DNA of 64,000 bases from Octopus vulgaris (Eukaryota). The stretch is from NCBI GenBank assembly GCA_951406725.2, contig OX597825.1, forward strand, positions 60,450,001 to 60,514,000, read 5' to 3'. The position numbers were made by a program, and so were the translations under genes. Under the pieces are notes generated by a model. That model searched no databases. It saw only the letters and a program-made list of their open reading frames with translations, and was not told the origin of the DNA. Shown here piece by piece: positions 26,457-37,951 of this stretch; position 1 is the stretch's first letter; the number at the start of each line of letters is the position of its first letter.

Positions 26457-26640
26457 TGATTTCAAGCTTTGGCACAGGGCCAATAATTTCGGGGCAAGGG
26501 ATGAGTCGATTATACCGACTCCTTTTTTTATCGACCTCGAAAGACTGAAAGACAAAGCCGAACCCATCAGAATTTGAACTGAGAACGCAAAGTCTGAATA
26601 ATTGCTGCTAAGCATTTTTTCCGGTTCAGTAATGATTCGG
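26457..26640 (-). mobile_element. Decayed Meta-domain-like SINE (alternative tail)
   Basis: gatttcaagctttggcacagggcc...tatcgacctcgaaagactgaaagacaaag...gaatttgaact. Confidence 0.7.
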
Positions 26641-26748
26641 AAGTGCTTACACTGTAATGAACAGTTTATTGATAATAATAAATTGAATATTAGTGAGACG
26701 TAATGAAGTTATAATTTCTGGAATCATTATATACAGGTATAAATGATG

Positions 26749-26817
<69 letters not shown>

Positions 26818-26819
26818 GA

Positions 26820-27660
26820 TAAAATGAGACAACAGAACCAAGGTTGTGTGGAATTTTCAGGCAATTTATAAGGAGAAAGTAAGTCTTACAGCTGTTTCAG
26901 GGATATTAGGGATATTCCTTCATCAAAGACGATGTGACATGGTTAAATAGAGGGAAATATTTGCGTTCAATATCAGGAGTTATTTTGGCAAAGGATGGAA
27001 ATAAGAAGTATAAAAGAAAATAAGAGAATAAAAGAATAAATATATATGTAGGACGTTATAGCTGCGGTTCCACTGTCCAAGGAAAGTGGTGTGTAGAAGT
27101 GGTAGCAATGCTTCTTGTCTGTGGTATGTAAATTCCGATAGGAGTTCATATTTTGACATTACCAATGGAAAGTGTGGAGACATTGATTCCATATGCTTCG
27201 CATTCAAAGGGGTCTTGTGGTGTGAAAGAAATTTTGAGAATGTTGTGGTAGTATTAAGTAGATAGAGAGTAGAGAAAAGATATGTAAAAATGATGAAAAC
27301 GGAGTCAACGGAAGGCTCGGAGAATGGTGCGTTGTAGAGGCAGAGTAGCGGGGTGGTAGGTGAGGGGAAACGAGAGACTAGTAACGGCGAGGTGGGTGCG
27401 GGGAGAGAGACAGATGTAGGATTCACAAAACATGCTCTGGCAAGGGCAGTGTGGTTATTGGTGAGGAGATATCCAGGAAGGATGAAGTGGCGAGCTATGT
27501 GTTGAGACAGTCTCAAAGTCATGGTCGTCACTTTAGAGCCTGCGCTGTCGGAGGAATTGGACGGAGAGACGGGGAGCTTGGTGTGGTTAGAGTGGGAGGA
27601 GGAGAAGTTGAGGTATAAGTGTAAGTTGGTGTGTTTGTAGTGGATGGAGGTGGTGTACGT
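26820..27660 (-). pseudogene. Decayed Penelope-like element: RT C-terminus plus pLTR with hammerhead
   Basis: Minus-strand frames give TSIHYKHT...YLNFSSSHSNHTK...QFLRQRRL*SDDHDFE...HFILPGY...TALARA, matching the PLE RT thumb/linker (Y.KPT....YL...S.HP......SQFLR.RR.CS...F...F..RGYP). Confidence 0.75.
26883..26930 (-). ncRNA. Type I hammerhead ribozyme with C3>U core change
   Basis: Reverse complement GTCT TTGATGA AGG-aatatccctaatatc-CCT GAAACAGCTGTA AGAC. Helix I GTCT/AGAC, palindromic ACAGCTGT, GUA triplet. Confidence 0.7.
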
Positions 27661-27949
27661 GTGTGTATGGGCGTGTGTATGAGTATATGTGCATGAAAGT
27701 GTGTTTATGTCAGAAGTGCAAGATGCGAAATACCTATAAAACCTGGTGGACTTTCAACTATCTGCAATCATTTAGTCATTAACCTGTCCATCTCATTTTC
27801 GTTATTACATCCATAGGAATAAGACAAGCTTCCGTTCTCACAGATATTTCCAGAGAAAATTGTTTTACTATATACTTTTTTGTGGACAATAAATCGTAGC
27901 TGCTATTGGATACAGCTTCAATTTAAGATATCTGGAAAGAATATATGAA

Positions 27950-29428
27950 GTAGAACTGAAGGCAGTGGTGCGAAAAGGAACCGTAAAGGGGATATTAAAC
28001 TCGATGTTTTAAAAAGACTTGATGCGGAAGAAAGTGTTCTATTGTCAACACATTAAATCTTGCAAGGCCTACAGTGTGAACAATACGTGACAACAGAAAG
28101 AAAATTACGTCAAATACTCAGGCAGCTATTGCATTAACTGTCCCATTTTATTTTTTCCATAGATCTAAAATGGAATGGTTTTTGGTTGTACGGATCAAGG
28201 ATCAGAATCGGCGTAATATGCCGATAACCACGATGGAAATTGAAAGGATAAAAAATGGACCAAAATTTATATAAAGATTTGCCGAAATAGGAATGTGAAA
28301 ATCTATTATTTGGCCAGTAAATGCTCATTTGAAAGGTTTAAGAAGCGCATAATTTTGTACAACATAGAAATGACTGATAGATTTGCTAATGCTGATACAG
28401 AGGCAACGACTAATTATCCTGAGCAGTTGAAGAAATTGATTGCTGAAGGTGAAGTTATACAGCAGATCAATCAATTATACAATTTTGATCAGACTGCACT
28501 TTTCTGGAAAAGCGTGTCTGCAAGAACTTTCATTTCTTGGGAAGAACTATCAACACCAATAGTGCTTGGCAAAATATATGGCCAGACTGTATCAGTGACA
28601 TTACAAGATTTCCTGAAGCAGAATGTCTACATCAAATCTGGAAATATATCGACACACTTGCAAATGATGTAGAATTTGAAGAAATTATAGAGGAAGTTGT
28701 TATTGAGTTGCTGGTATTCCAGAGAGAATGGTTATCTAACGAGAAGCTGATGCTGCTAGATAAAGCACAAGTTGAAGAAATTCGGATGCAACAACGTATG
28801 TTCCACAACACCACTTAATCTTGCAGCAAAATTCCTTGATAAAGTGTTGGCACTTATAGACAAAGGTCTGCAGATTCTGCTTAAAATAGCCCCAATCCTG
28901 ATCTAATATAAACATTACAAAAGGAGTTTACAATGAGCTCAGTTCCTACACTGAGCTGTACAAAGAGATGATGTGTCATGAACAACAAAATACTTTGGAT
29001 GAGTTCTTCACGACTAAAAACTGATGTTGGTGATAGGGAACTAAAATATATTAAATATTGTCTCTTATTCCTCTGGTAACGCTGATTCCACTACCACTAC
29101 CCCACTCACAGTAGTCAACCTCTTCTCTGGTAAGAAAGTACTCTTACGATATCATGATTCTCTTTAGTCTTCTAACGCTTTCCTCATGAAATGCTTTTAT
29201 CTTTCTATGTATCTATATTGCACTGTGTACACTTAAAAATTATTGTCAAGTAAATAGGTGATGGTGTTACGTGTTCTGTTGTTTGAGTCTATTATCCTTT
29301 CTTTTCTTCCGAAATCTTCCGGATTTGTAACATGAATAGCAATAGGAAAATGAATTTTGTATAACGAGATTTCGCGTTAGAGTCAAATTTTGAAGATCTC
29401 ATTACTTCCGTAAAGGGAGGGAGTCCTG
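27950..29428 (+). mobile_element. Tigger/pogo DNA transposon remnant, internally deleted
   Basis: ORF 28295-28672 LASKCSFERFKKR..LYNIEMT...ANAD......YPEQLKKLIAEG....QLYNFDQTALFWK....RTFIS matches the Tigger CENP-B-type HTH and start of DDE_1. The acidic C-terminal segment is in ORF 28537-28818. A right-TIR-like end (cgtaaagggagggagtcctg) is present; the left TIR was not found. Confidence 0.85.
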
Positions 29429-29966
29429 CATATATATGCATGTGTGTATGAGTGTGTCTGTGTGTATACATTTATCTATTTATTTATAGATATGCAGATT
29501 TGCATTAATTTTGCTGCATTAATACGCTGTATTAAAATACAAATATATTTATGTTGTTTAATATTTATTATGAAGTACCAAATTCATGTGTCACTACATG
29601 GGACTCTGAAGAACAAATTTCTGGTTGTCAAATTTCAGATTTGCTGAAGATATGCCACTCACTATGGAACAGGGATTGAAGCAGCCATCAAAACTGTATA
29701 GCCTAAAGATGAATCGGATATAGTTCGGAAACCACAATAAAAAGGATATAGGAAATGCATATTTCAAACAAGCTGCAGTGGTCCGATACAGAAATACGAA
29801 ATAGCCAAAAAAAAAGAACCAAAAAAACCCCGAACACCTAATACAAAACGATTAACCTAAAACAACATCTTGTGTTTGCCACACACGTGTGCGATCACAC
29901 TGAAGTAAATGATCTAAAAGGAATACATGTTTAAATTATATTCAATGTAAAATTATATAAATTATA

Positions 29967-30351
29967 TCTTTATATATAAAAGTCAAGTTGTGTGTCTGTC
30001 TCCTACGATTTATATTCATAACTACTCCCACATTTTGCCGTACAGTGTAACCAAAAGCGGGTATCTTAAAATCGTGATTCATATCTGGGTATTACCGCGC
30101 GTCTACGATGAGTCTACGATTTTAAAAATAATTTACCATCATTTTTTCCATTTTAATGCATTTTTTCAGTATTATATAAGGGAAGTAACTCTCTAAAAAT
30201 GTCTACGATGAGTGAACGATTTAAAAAAATTTACCATCATTTTTTTTCCATTTTTAATGCATTTTTTTGCTATTTTTGGCTATAACTCTCTAAAAATGCT
30301 TATATAGTTATTTCCCTTACAAACCCGAGCAACGCCGGGTGATACTGCTAG
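29967..30351 (+). mobile_element. Non-autonomous Helitron, copy 2, with 100-bp internal tandem duplication
   Basis: A|TC start, cccgagcaacgccggg hairpin, CTAG|T end. gtctacgatgagt... is repeated at 30101 and 30201. Confidence 0.85.
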
Positions 30352-30869
30352 TTGAATATAAAATTACTAAAATAATTCTCTTCTTTAAAAATAGATACAA
30401 AGACCTGGTAGAAGTGGGAATTGCGCCCAGCACTGTATGAGGAGGGGAGATAATCCGAGACTCAAGCAGGCTCCTAAATAAATGTAACTCCTTACAATAT
30501 CCATTTATTCATCTATAAATTTCGTTTTCATGGGTTTGACAACTTGAGGTTTTGATAGAATTAACCTTCCCAAATTGTTGTGGAATCGAACTCGGTAACG
30601 TGTGGATGTGAAGGGAACATCTTAAGCACATGGACATACTTGAACCTTGTAACTCACACATTCTTTTCTGTCGTTCAGAAATAGCAAGAAATTCTGTTTC
30701 CGATAACGTACTACTGTTTTTAAAAAACACATTAGTCAATATATTGATAGATACAGATCAGAAATAGAAAAGATGGTGTGGTGAAAACTTGGAAGATCTA
30801 TGGTATTAGGGCTTTTATTCACATTTAAGAAAGTAATTTAACATATATTCATTCCCAAAGATGAAGCCG

Positions 30870-31050
30870 TGGTGCTGAAACACCGTCAGTTGACGAGGAG
30901 GAATTAGTTGTTCATCTAAGTGAATTACCTGCACTTGAAGGTGTATGTGGTTGAACATATCCAACACGTGTAACTTTAATGCAACGCTCAGGTAGAATCA
31001 GCGCGACACAGTGTCTGCCAAGGTTGCATCTTTTGAATTTCAGATAAGGG
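30870..31050 (-). mobile_element. Decayed copy of the third SINE-like family
   Basis: ccgtcagttgacgaggagg...aatcagcgcgacacagtgtctgccaagg aligns by eye with 2461-2662. Confidence 0.45.
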
Positions 31051-31289
31051 CCTCTCTTGAGGGACTTCTATACAGTTTTCCATGGTCGAATCCAGGATCT
31101 CGTGCTTCTAAAGAGAACTTCGCATCCACCCAAGTTGAGTGCACCTATAGTGCCGTAATTACAAGTAAGTAAATTATTGGTAATATATAGATTCATGTAT
31201 CTTTTATAACTGATCAAATGGAAAACAAAACTGTATAAATACATAGAATATCATGCAAAATTAGCTAAAAATTCTAAATTTCTGTTAAA

Positions 31290-31830
31290 ACTTTCAAGTT
31301 TAAGAACACAGAGCGCTTGTGTCACGTAACCAACTGGAAACGGTGTTTCCTGGGGCTAAATAGCAGTATCAGTCTTCCCTTTCCTGGGACTGCCACATTA
31401 AGTTGGCAACAAACCATCACTTTATCTTGCTGCTACTGTATAAGTCTCTCTGAGAGATTTAGAAATGTAATATTTCTAATTTTGTAGATCAGTGAATTCA
31501 TTTCACTTGAAATTCTATACCTTTGCAACAGCGAACAAGCATCGTCAGTTAGCAAGCCAAGGTACTCCAGACTGATGAAGAGCAATAACTTTGAAATTAG
31601 TCTCTGAAAGCTGGATTTGCTGGGTGGAGGTACTCCCCTGTTTGAAAACTTAAGGACACAGAACGCATGTGTTACATAGCCAACTGGAAACGGTGTTTCC
31701 TGGGGCTAAATTGCAGTAGCATTGTTCCCTTTTCTGGGACTGCCACATTAAGTTGGCAACAAGCCATCACTTTATCGTGCTCCTACTGTATTAGTCTCTG
31801 TGAGAGATTTAGAAATGCAATATTTCTAAC
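31290..31830 (+). mobile_element. 350-bp-period tandem repeat (~1.5 units) carrying a hammerhead: non-LTR retrozyme-like element
   Basis: caactggaaacggtgtttcctggggctaaat occurs at 31331 and 31681. ~180 bp is duplicated (31300-31480 vs 31650-31830) with the HHR between the copies. Confidence 0.7.
31549..31623 (+). ncRNA. Type I hammerhead ribozyme with extended helix I
   Basis: CAGA CTGATGA AGAG-caataa-CTTT GAAA TTAG TC TCTG (31568-31606). Distal pairing ttagcaag/tttgctgg and cca/tgg extends helix I. GUC triplet. Confidence 0.8.
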
Positions 31831-32072
31831 TATTATTAATATTTTTTAAAAAATTTAGGTTCTGTTGGAATTCCTGGAGTCTTGCTCGCGTAGCGAGCTT
31901 GCTGCCCTCAGCCTACGGTACCATTTTATCTGTTCTTTTCAACTATCTAGTACTTTCCTTATTATTCTGGCAATGCCAAGGAAGCAAACGTTTTGCAACA
32001 GTTCTACTGGGCACTCTATTCCGATTTCCTCTAGATTCCTCTTGATGCCTTCTGAAACTGCCCCCAGCGCCC
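31830..32072 (-). pseudogene. 3' end of an R4/Dong-like RLE non-LTR retrotransposon
   Basis: ALGAVSEGIKRNLEEIGIECPVELLQNVCFLGIARIIRKVLDS* matches the RLE C-terminus (GALG.V...L..IG......LQK..LLGTARI.RKVL). A short 3' UTR ends in TAA-like repeats. Confidence 0.8.
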
Positions 32073-32300
32073 GGCGGCGAGCTGGCAGTATCTTTAGCAC
32101 GCCGGGCGAAATACTTAGTGGCATTTTGTCCGTCTTCCCGTTCTGAGTTTAAATTCCACCGTAGTCGAGTTTACTCTTCATCCTTTTCAGGTTGATAAAA
32201 TAAGTACCAGTTGAAAACTATGGTCGATGTTATCGACTCACCCCCTACCCTAAAGTTCCTGCCCTTGTGGCAAAATTTGAAACCATTATTATTATTATTT
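32073..32300 (+). mobile_element. Meta-domain-like SINE (alternative tail)
   Basis: ggcggcgagctggcagtatctttagcacgccgggcgaaat...gcccttgtggcaaaatttgaaaccattattattatt. Confidence 0.85.
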
Positions 32301-32997
32301 TGTCTTACAACAATGTAAATTAACATATAATGAATAATATTTAAATTTTCTATTTCCTCCACGAGAATTGTAGAAATGTGAGCGTTATCTGTTTTCGACT
32401 TTTTTTCAATAAACCAGAAGTCTGAGTGGTTTCACACGAATTCAGAATAGCAAATAATATGAGTATTATATTACAATCTTGCGATAAGCAATATCGTGAG
32501 CATGGCTGTTTCAAATATCTTACCATTAAATCGCATCTTTTCAGTCTTCGTAGAAACATCTCAGAGAAAATGAGTTGTAGTAGATATAAGATACTCCATT
32601 TTATGTATGTATATTATTTCCATGTTTTTGTTTCACAACATATTTTCGGTTGATCGAAATATCCATGTAGTCAACTTATCGTGAAGATAAACATATCTGT
32701 TGAAAGGAAAAAAAATCTTAAAAGATGTGGGCTGTGAATGAGAAACATAGATACAAGTTTATTCTCGTATATATACATACACAGGCATACATCGCACGTC
32801 CTTATATATATTTATATATATATATATATATGTGTGTGTGTATGTTACCGTTTGCATATATGTAACACGCGTTAGAAAGACATTAGAAATATGAAATATA
32901 ACAACTTTAGAATATGTATATATATATATTCTTTAGAATATATATATATAAGTGTGTGTGTATATGTGTGTGCGTGGGTGCGTGCTTGTATATATGC

Positions 32998-33020
32998 AGA
33001 GAGAGCGAGAGAGAGAGGGA

Positions 33021-33072
<52 letters not shown>

Positions 33073-33145
33073 CCTATACGAAAGAAAGAAAGAAAGAAAG
33101 AAAGAATGAAGGAGAGACAGAGACAGACAGAAACTGACAGAGAAA
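32998..33145. repeat. (GA)n/(GAAA)n microsatellite
   Basis: Direct reading. Confidence 0.95.
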
Positions 33146-36100
33146 GAGTACTGAAAAACGAGTAGTAACAAGAATATTTAAGAAAATGCAACAGCAGTAA
33201 CGTACTATAATACTTACGTTAGCGTTTCGTTTAACCAGATTGTCAGACCTATACGAAAGCAAGCAACTAAATTTAAGTTGTAAACGCTGGAATATTTGTC
33301 TTTGTCTTGTAGCAAGTTCTAAGTTTATTAAGTATGGCTGTATGGAACTTCTATCAACAGTACTAAACATTAGTTTACAATTGTTTCTAATTTGCCGCAG
33401 CAACTTACACAGAACAGATGGGCAATCAGTGCTACATGCCGAAACATGTGTCAGTCAGACATGAACTTCAACTTCATTGAAAATTAATAAACCTACAGGT
33501 AAATTTCAATAAAGCCAAAGTGGTTACAACTTCTTGCTTTTACATAAAACAATATAACAACTTAATTGAAAACAATTTTAGGTTTATCGTGTGATACATT
33601 ACATCCTCGATATAAAATATCTATGTCCTGCCTTCCGTGGGGCAAGTAAAAATACATTTAAAAAATCCTTTTATCTGTTATACGCTACATGAAATTATTT
33701 TACTTTTCTCTTGGGCCAATAGTATCAGTCGACCTGCTACAAATAGCGGTCACTTGTGCCTCGAAATGCACCCAACATCTGCTTTTTAATGTAAGGCTGT
33801 ATAAGATATGAGTCTTTGTTGGAATGGTCAGGATTCGAACGCAACACCTTATATTACGTTTGCTCGGTCAGAGTTGACTTGCGAGAAAACAAAGGAACAT
33901 TGCATTTGTACAGGTTCATGCGATTTTCAATTCTTTACAGCATTTCCAGAGAATTGCATTAGGATCTTCGATAATGGAGCTAAATGTGTATTCGGATGCC
34001 ATTTGCCAAACGTAATGCTCAGGAATGCACGTTTGAACGTATGTTATCGCTTACTTTTAATATCTGAATAGTGTATTGCTGAGCTTTTCTTGCCAGAGAA
34101 GCCAAAACGAAGCAGAACTGAAATAACTATCTGATTAGTTAACCCTATGGTGTAATAGCGTCGGTAGATCGGTGTGTCAAATCTCAGATATTTCATCGCG
34201 AGTATTTGTTATATCTTCTCATTTCGAATCACATCTCAGAGGTCACTGTTAGCCAATTTGTATAGGTCGTTAAATAATAAACACAAGCCAGCCACTGTGA
34301 GCTATTTACTCGCCGATTCTTTCCTTCACAAATTTCGACGCTCTGTCTAACAAATCAATATAGTTGTTATAATGCTTCATAGATTTTTGACTTTGTGTGT
34401 GTGTAGCAAACAGGTTTTGCGAACGCTTGGTTCTGTGTAAGTGTTATGTGAATTTAATCTAATTCTGCTGCTCACGAAAATTAGAAACATTTGATTCATT
34501 TTGCTACGTTGCGTTAAATGTCAGTGTGTTCATGCTTTTTTTTTAAGGTAAGTTAAGAAAGGCCGCAGAAGACTATTCTGAATCTCCTTATCAGCAGTAA
34601 CGAATTTTGTGAGGTTTGTTAAACATTCGTTATGGAGTATGAGCTGTTGAAAATAACTGAAGCACAAGTTAGCGTTTTAAGAAACGGCATGTGCATGCAT
34701 TAAGGCGACAGAGGAAAGCTGTTTGTTCCGGACAAAAATAAATAAATGAATACATTCATAACTGCATATTCCATGGAAGGAAATGAATATAAGTTGTTCT
34801 GCATGAAATCGAATATGAAAATGTAGTTTTTTTAAGAATCATTTCTACAGAATATATCGATATTAAAATAAGGAGACAGAATGACAGAAACTGTTTAAAG
34901 TGTCTGGCCTTTTCATGCATTTTTGTGGAGCGATAATAGGGTTCACAACCTTGCTTCTAATTCTAATGGTAATGAATGATATAATACTCAAAGGTCACTA
35001 ATCTATACACAAAGTTCTCTTGTGTAATCTTCAGTTATTCACTCTGCGTGGTATTTTTTCTCTTCTTCGGTAATTGTGTGCCCAGCTCAACACTTAAGCA
35101 AACAGAGGGGTGAGATTTCGACGTTCACTTTGATCCTTAAACTGTAAAATATATTTCTAATTTTAGATATTTTTTTCTTATCTTCGAATGTAGAAATGCT
35201 TATATGGCCTTTATGATTACTGCAACCAAAATATTATCACGTTTGTATTCTCTGTAATAACCACATTCTCCAATTGGCTATATTTCCTATTCATTTAAGA
35301 CATTTTTTCTGTTCCTATACTATTTTCTATCTAGATGCACATTTTATCGCAATAGAAAATACAAACAAGAATAAAGGTTCCGTCGAGGAAATACTGCATT
35401 ACCACAATCAAGCTTTCCTTTTAGATCACAAAGTGATGCATACGGCAAAATACATATTTCGTATGAATTACTGTAGTTTCTATTTAACGCTCTGAAATTT
35501 CTATCTAGATCATGTTTTATTAATATGTTCTATATATGGAAGAACCACTAATCCGCCAGTATTATAGAAAACGAAAGCTTAAATGTTTGCAAAGCAAACA
35601 TAAATCCAGGCCATATTTCTGTTTCTGTAAAGCGTAGGCCACGAATGACGGAGAGATAGACGGTGAGAAAGAGAATGAGAGACAATGAGAGAGAAAGAGA
35701 AAGAGAGAGAGAGAGAGATGTTGAATGAAAGAGAGAAACTAAGAAGGGAGAGAGGGGCTGGGAATAAGGGACAAAGCTAAAGTTAACTACGACTGTTCAT
35801 AATTCATAATGAACCGTGTTCGAATGCAGAGGTATTCCTCAATGCACTGTGCCTCCACGAAAGCTACTTGGTATGAATATGTAGTTTAAATATGCATGCA
35901 TGTGAATAAATATGTATCTTTTAGCTCATCGGTGTACATTTTTCTTCCTAGCTCTGTATGAAAAAATATAATATGTCTGACAGAAACTATGTAAACCGGC
36001 ACAATGAACATATCAGAGTAGAGGATAAAAGAACACCTAGATATACACACTCATACACTCACATAAATCTACACACAAGAAAACACATTTACATATACAT

Positions 36101-36184
36101 AACACACACTCATATTTATTTATACACAGATACAATATACATAAATTATATGTATATAAATATATCCACACGTATATTTTTTCA

Positions 36185-36198
36185 TGTGTGTGTATATG

Positions 36199-36257
<59 letters not shown>

Positions 36258-36292
36258 TATACATATATATATATAAACATATATACATATAC

Positions 36293-36339
<47 letters not shown>

Positions 36340-36340
36340 C

Positions 36341-36396
<56 letters not shown>

Positions 36397-36984
36397 TGTG
36401 TGTGTATATTCCTATATAGATGTGTGTGGCAATGCACACGCTTATACAGAGATATGTTTGCTCTTATATGCCTATATCTTTACACCACTGAAACTGTTTC
36501 TAAATGGTTCCAAAAAGGAAGTTATTCAATCACAGCCTGCTATCACTATCGTAAATACTCTGGAGATCAAATCTCATTTTCTCAATGCGCTCATTGTGTA
36601 TATGATAACCATACTAGACCTAACTATCGTGAATAAACACGGATACACGCACGTACAGGCACGCTGTCACATACAGACACATACATACATATATATTTAT
36701 AGTTATCTATATATACATACGCATATTAATATATATATCTATATCTTTTTGTATGTGTGTATACGCACACAAGTATGCACATATACATATACATACATAT
36801 ATATATATGTGTGTGCATGCGTATATACATACATATATATATGTATGTATATATATATGTATATATATATGTATATACATATATATACATATATGTATGT
36901 ATATATATATATATATATATATGTATATACATATATATACATATATATATGTGTGTATATATATATGTATGTATAAATAAATAA

Positions 36985-37023
<39 letters not shown>

Positions 37024-37085
37024 TATATATGTATATATGTATATATCTATTTATGTATACACACACACACACATATACACTCACA
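36185..37085. repeat. Large degenerate (AT)n/(ATAC)n low-complexity block (unique spacer ~36440-36640)
   Basis: Direct reading; source of the YIYI ORFs. Confidence 0.9.
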
Positions 37086-37564
37086 AGCATACACAGATCT
37101 ATGATTTCATCAATATATGCTCACTGAAATTCGTTCTATGCCTGAGAGGAAAGATTTCCTAACATGCATGCTACTTAAAAGCTCTGTTTATTGCACGGAA
37201 TATGGATTTTTGAGAGAGATAAACTTGTTCTTGGGTTCTTGCAGAAGTTTTTAGAAATTCTGAGTATTTCATTGTCAGTAAATCACTGATACCTTTTTAA
37301 TACCGTAACACAAAATGCTATTTATAGTTATATTTCATTTTGTTTTCTTTTTTTACATTTGTTGTATCTCATTTCTTTTTCTATATCTCTTCCCACAGTT
37401 TGTGGTTAAGAATCTCTATTTGTATGCCTCTTAGTCAAAAACAACGCAAAGTATTGGCAAGGGAGATAATTAAATCGATCGCATGTAAACTAAACGAGTA
37501 TTGAGCAGAAAGTAATAGAAAGGATAAAAATTCACTATCGTGTTATCTCATTGAGAGCCTTGCT

Positions 37565-37566
37565 AT

Positions 37567-37629
<63 letters not shown>

Positions 37630-37800
37630 TGTATGTATATATGTATATATATATGTATTTATATATATATGTATATACATATATATATATATATATATAC
37701 ACATATATAAGTATATATATATATGTGTGGATGGATGGATGTGAGTGTGTATGTATGTGTGTGTGTGTGTGTGAAGAGAGAGAGAGAAAAGAGGGAGGGA
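37565..37800. repeat. Compound (AT)n/(GT)n/(GA)n microsatellite
   Basis: Direct reading. Confidence 0.9.
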
Positions 37801-37920
37801 TAGAAGAAATAATTTTAAAAATGTATATATTTGATTGAGCATGCAGATGGGTGCTCGTAGATGCTATATAGCTAGAAAGATATGGAGGGAGAAAGAGGGC
37901 GACCAAGAGATTGAAGAAGT

Positions 37921-37951
<31 letters not shown>

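Noticed and set aside
29700-29745. ctaaaga...gaaac hammerhead-like spacing (similar weak cases near 15745 and 58640)
   Set aside because: Mutated cores with no convincing helix I/III; expected by chance.
36188-36976. Longest ORF (262 aa) and the many [16 protein letters not shown] ORFs
   Set aside because: Translations of dinucleotide microsatellites that lack stop codons; no coding signal.
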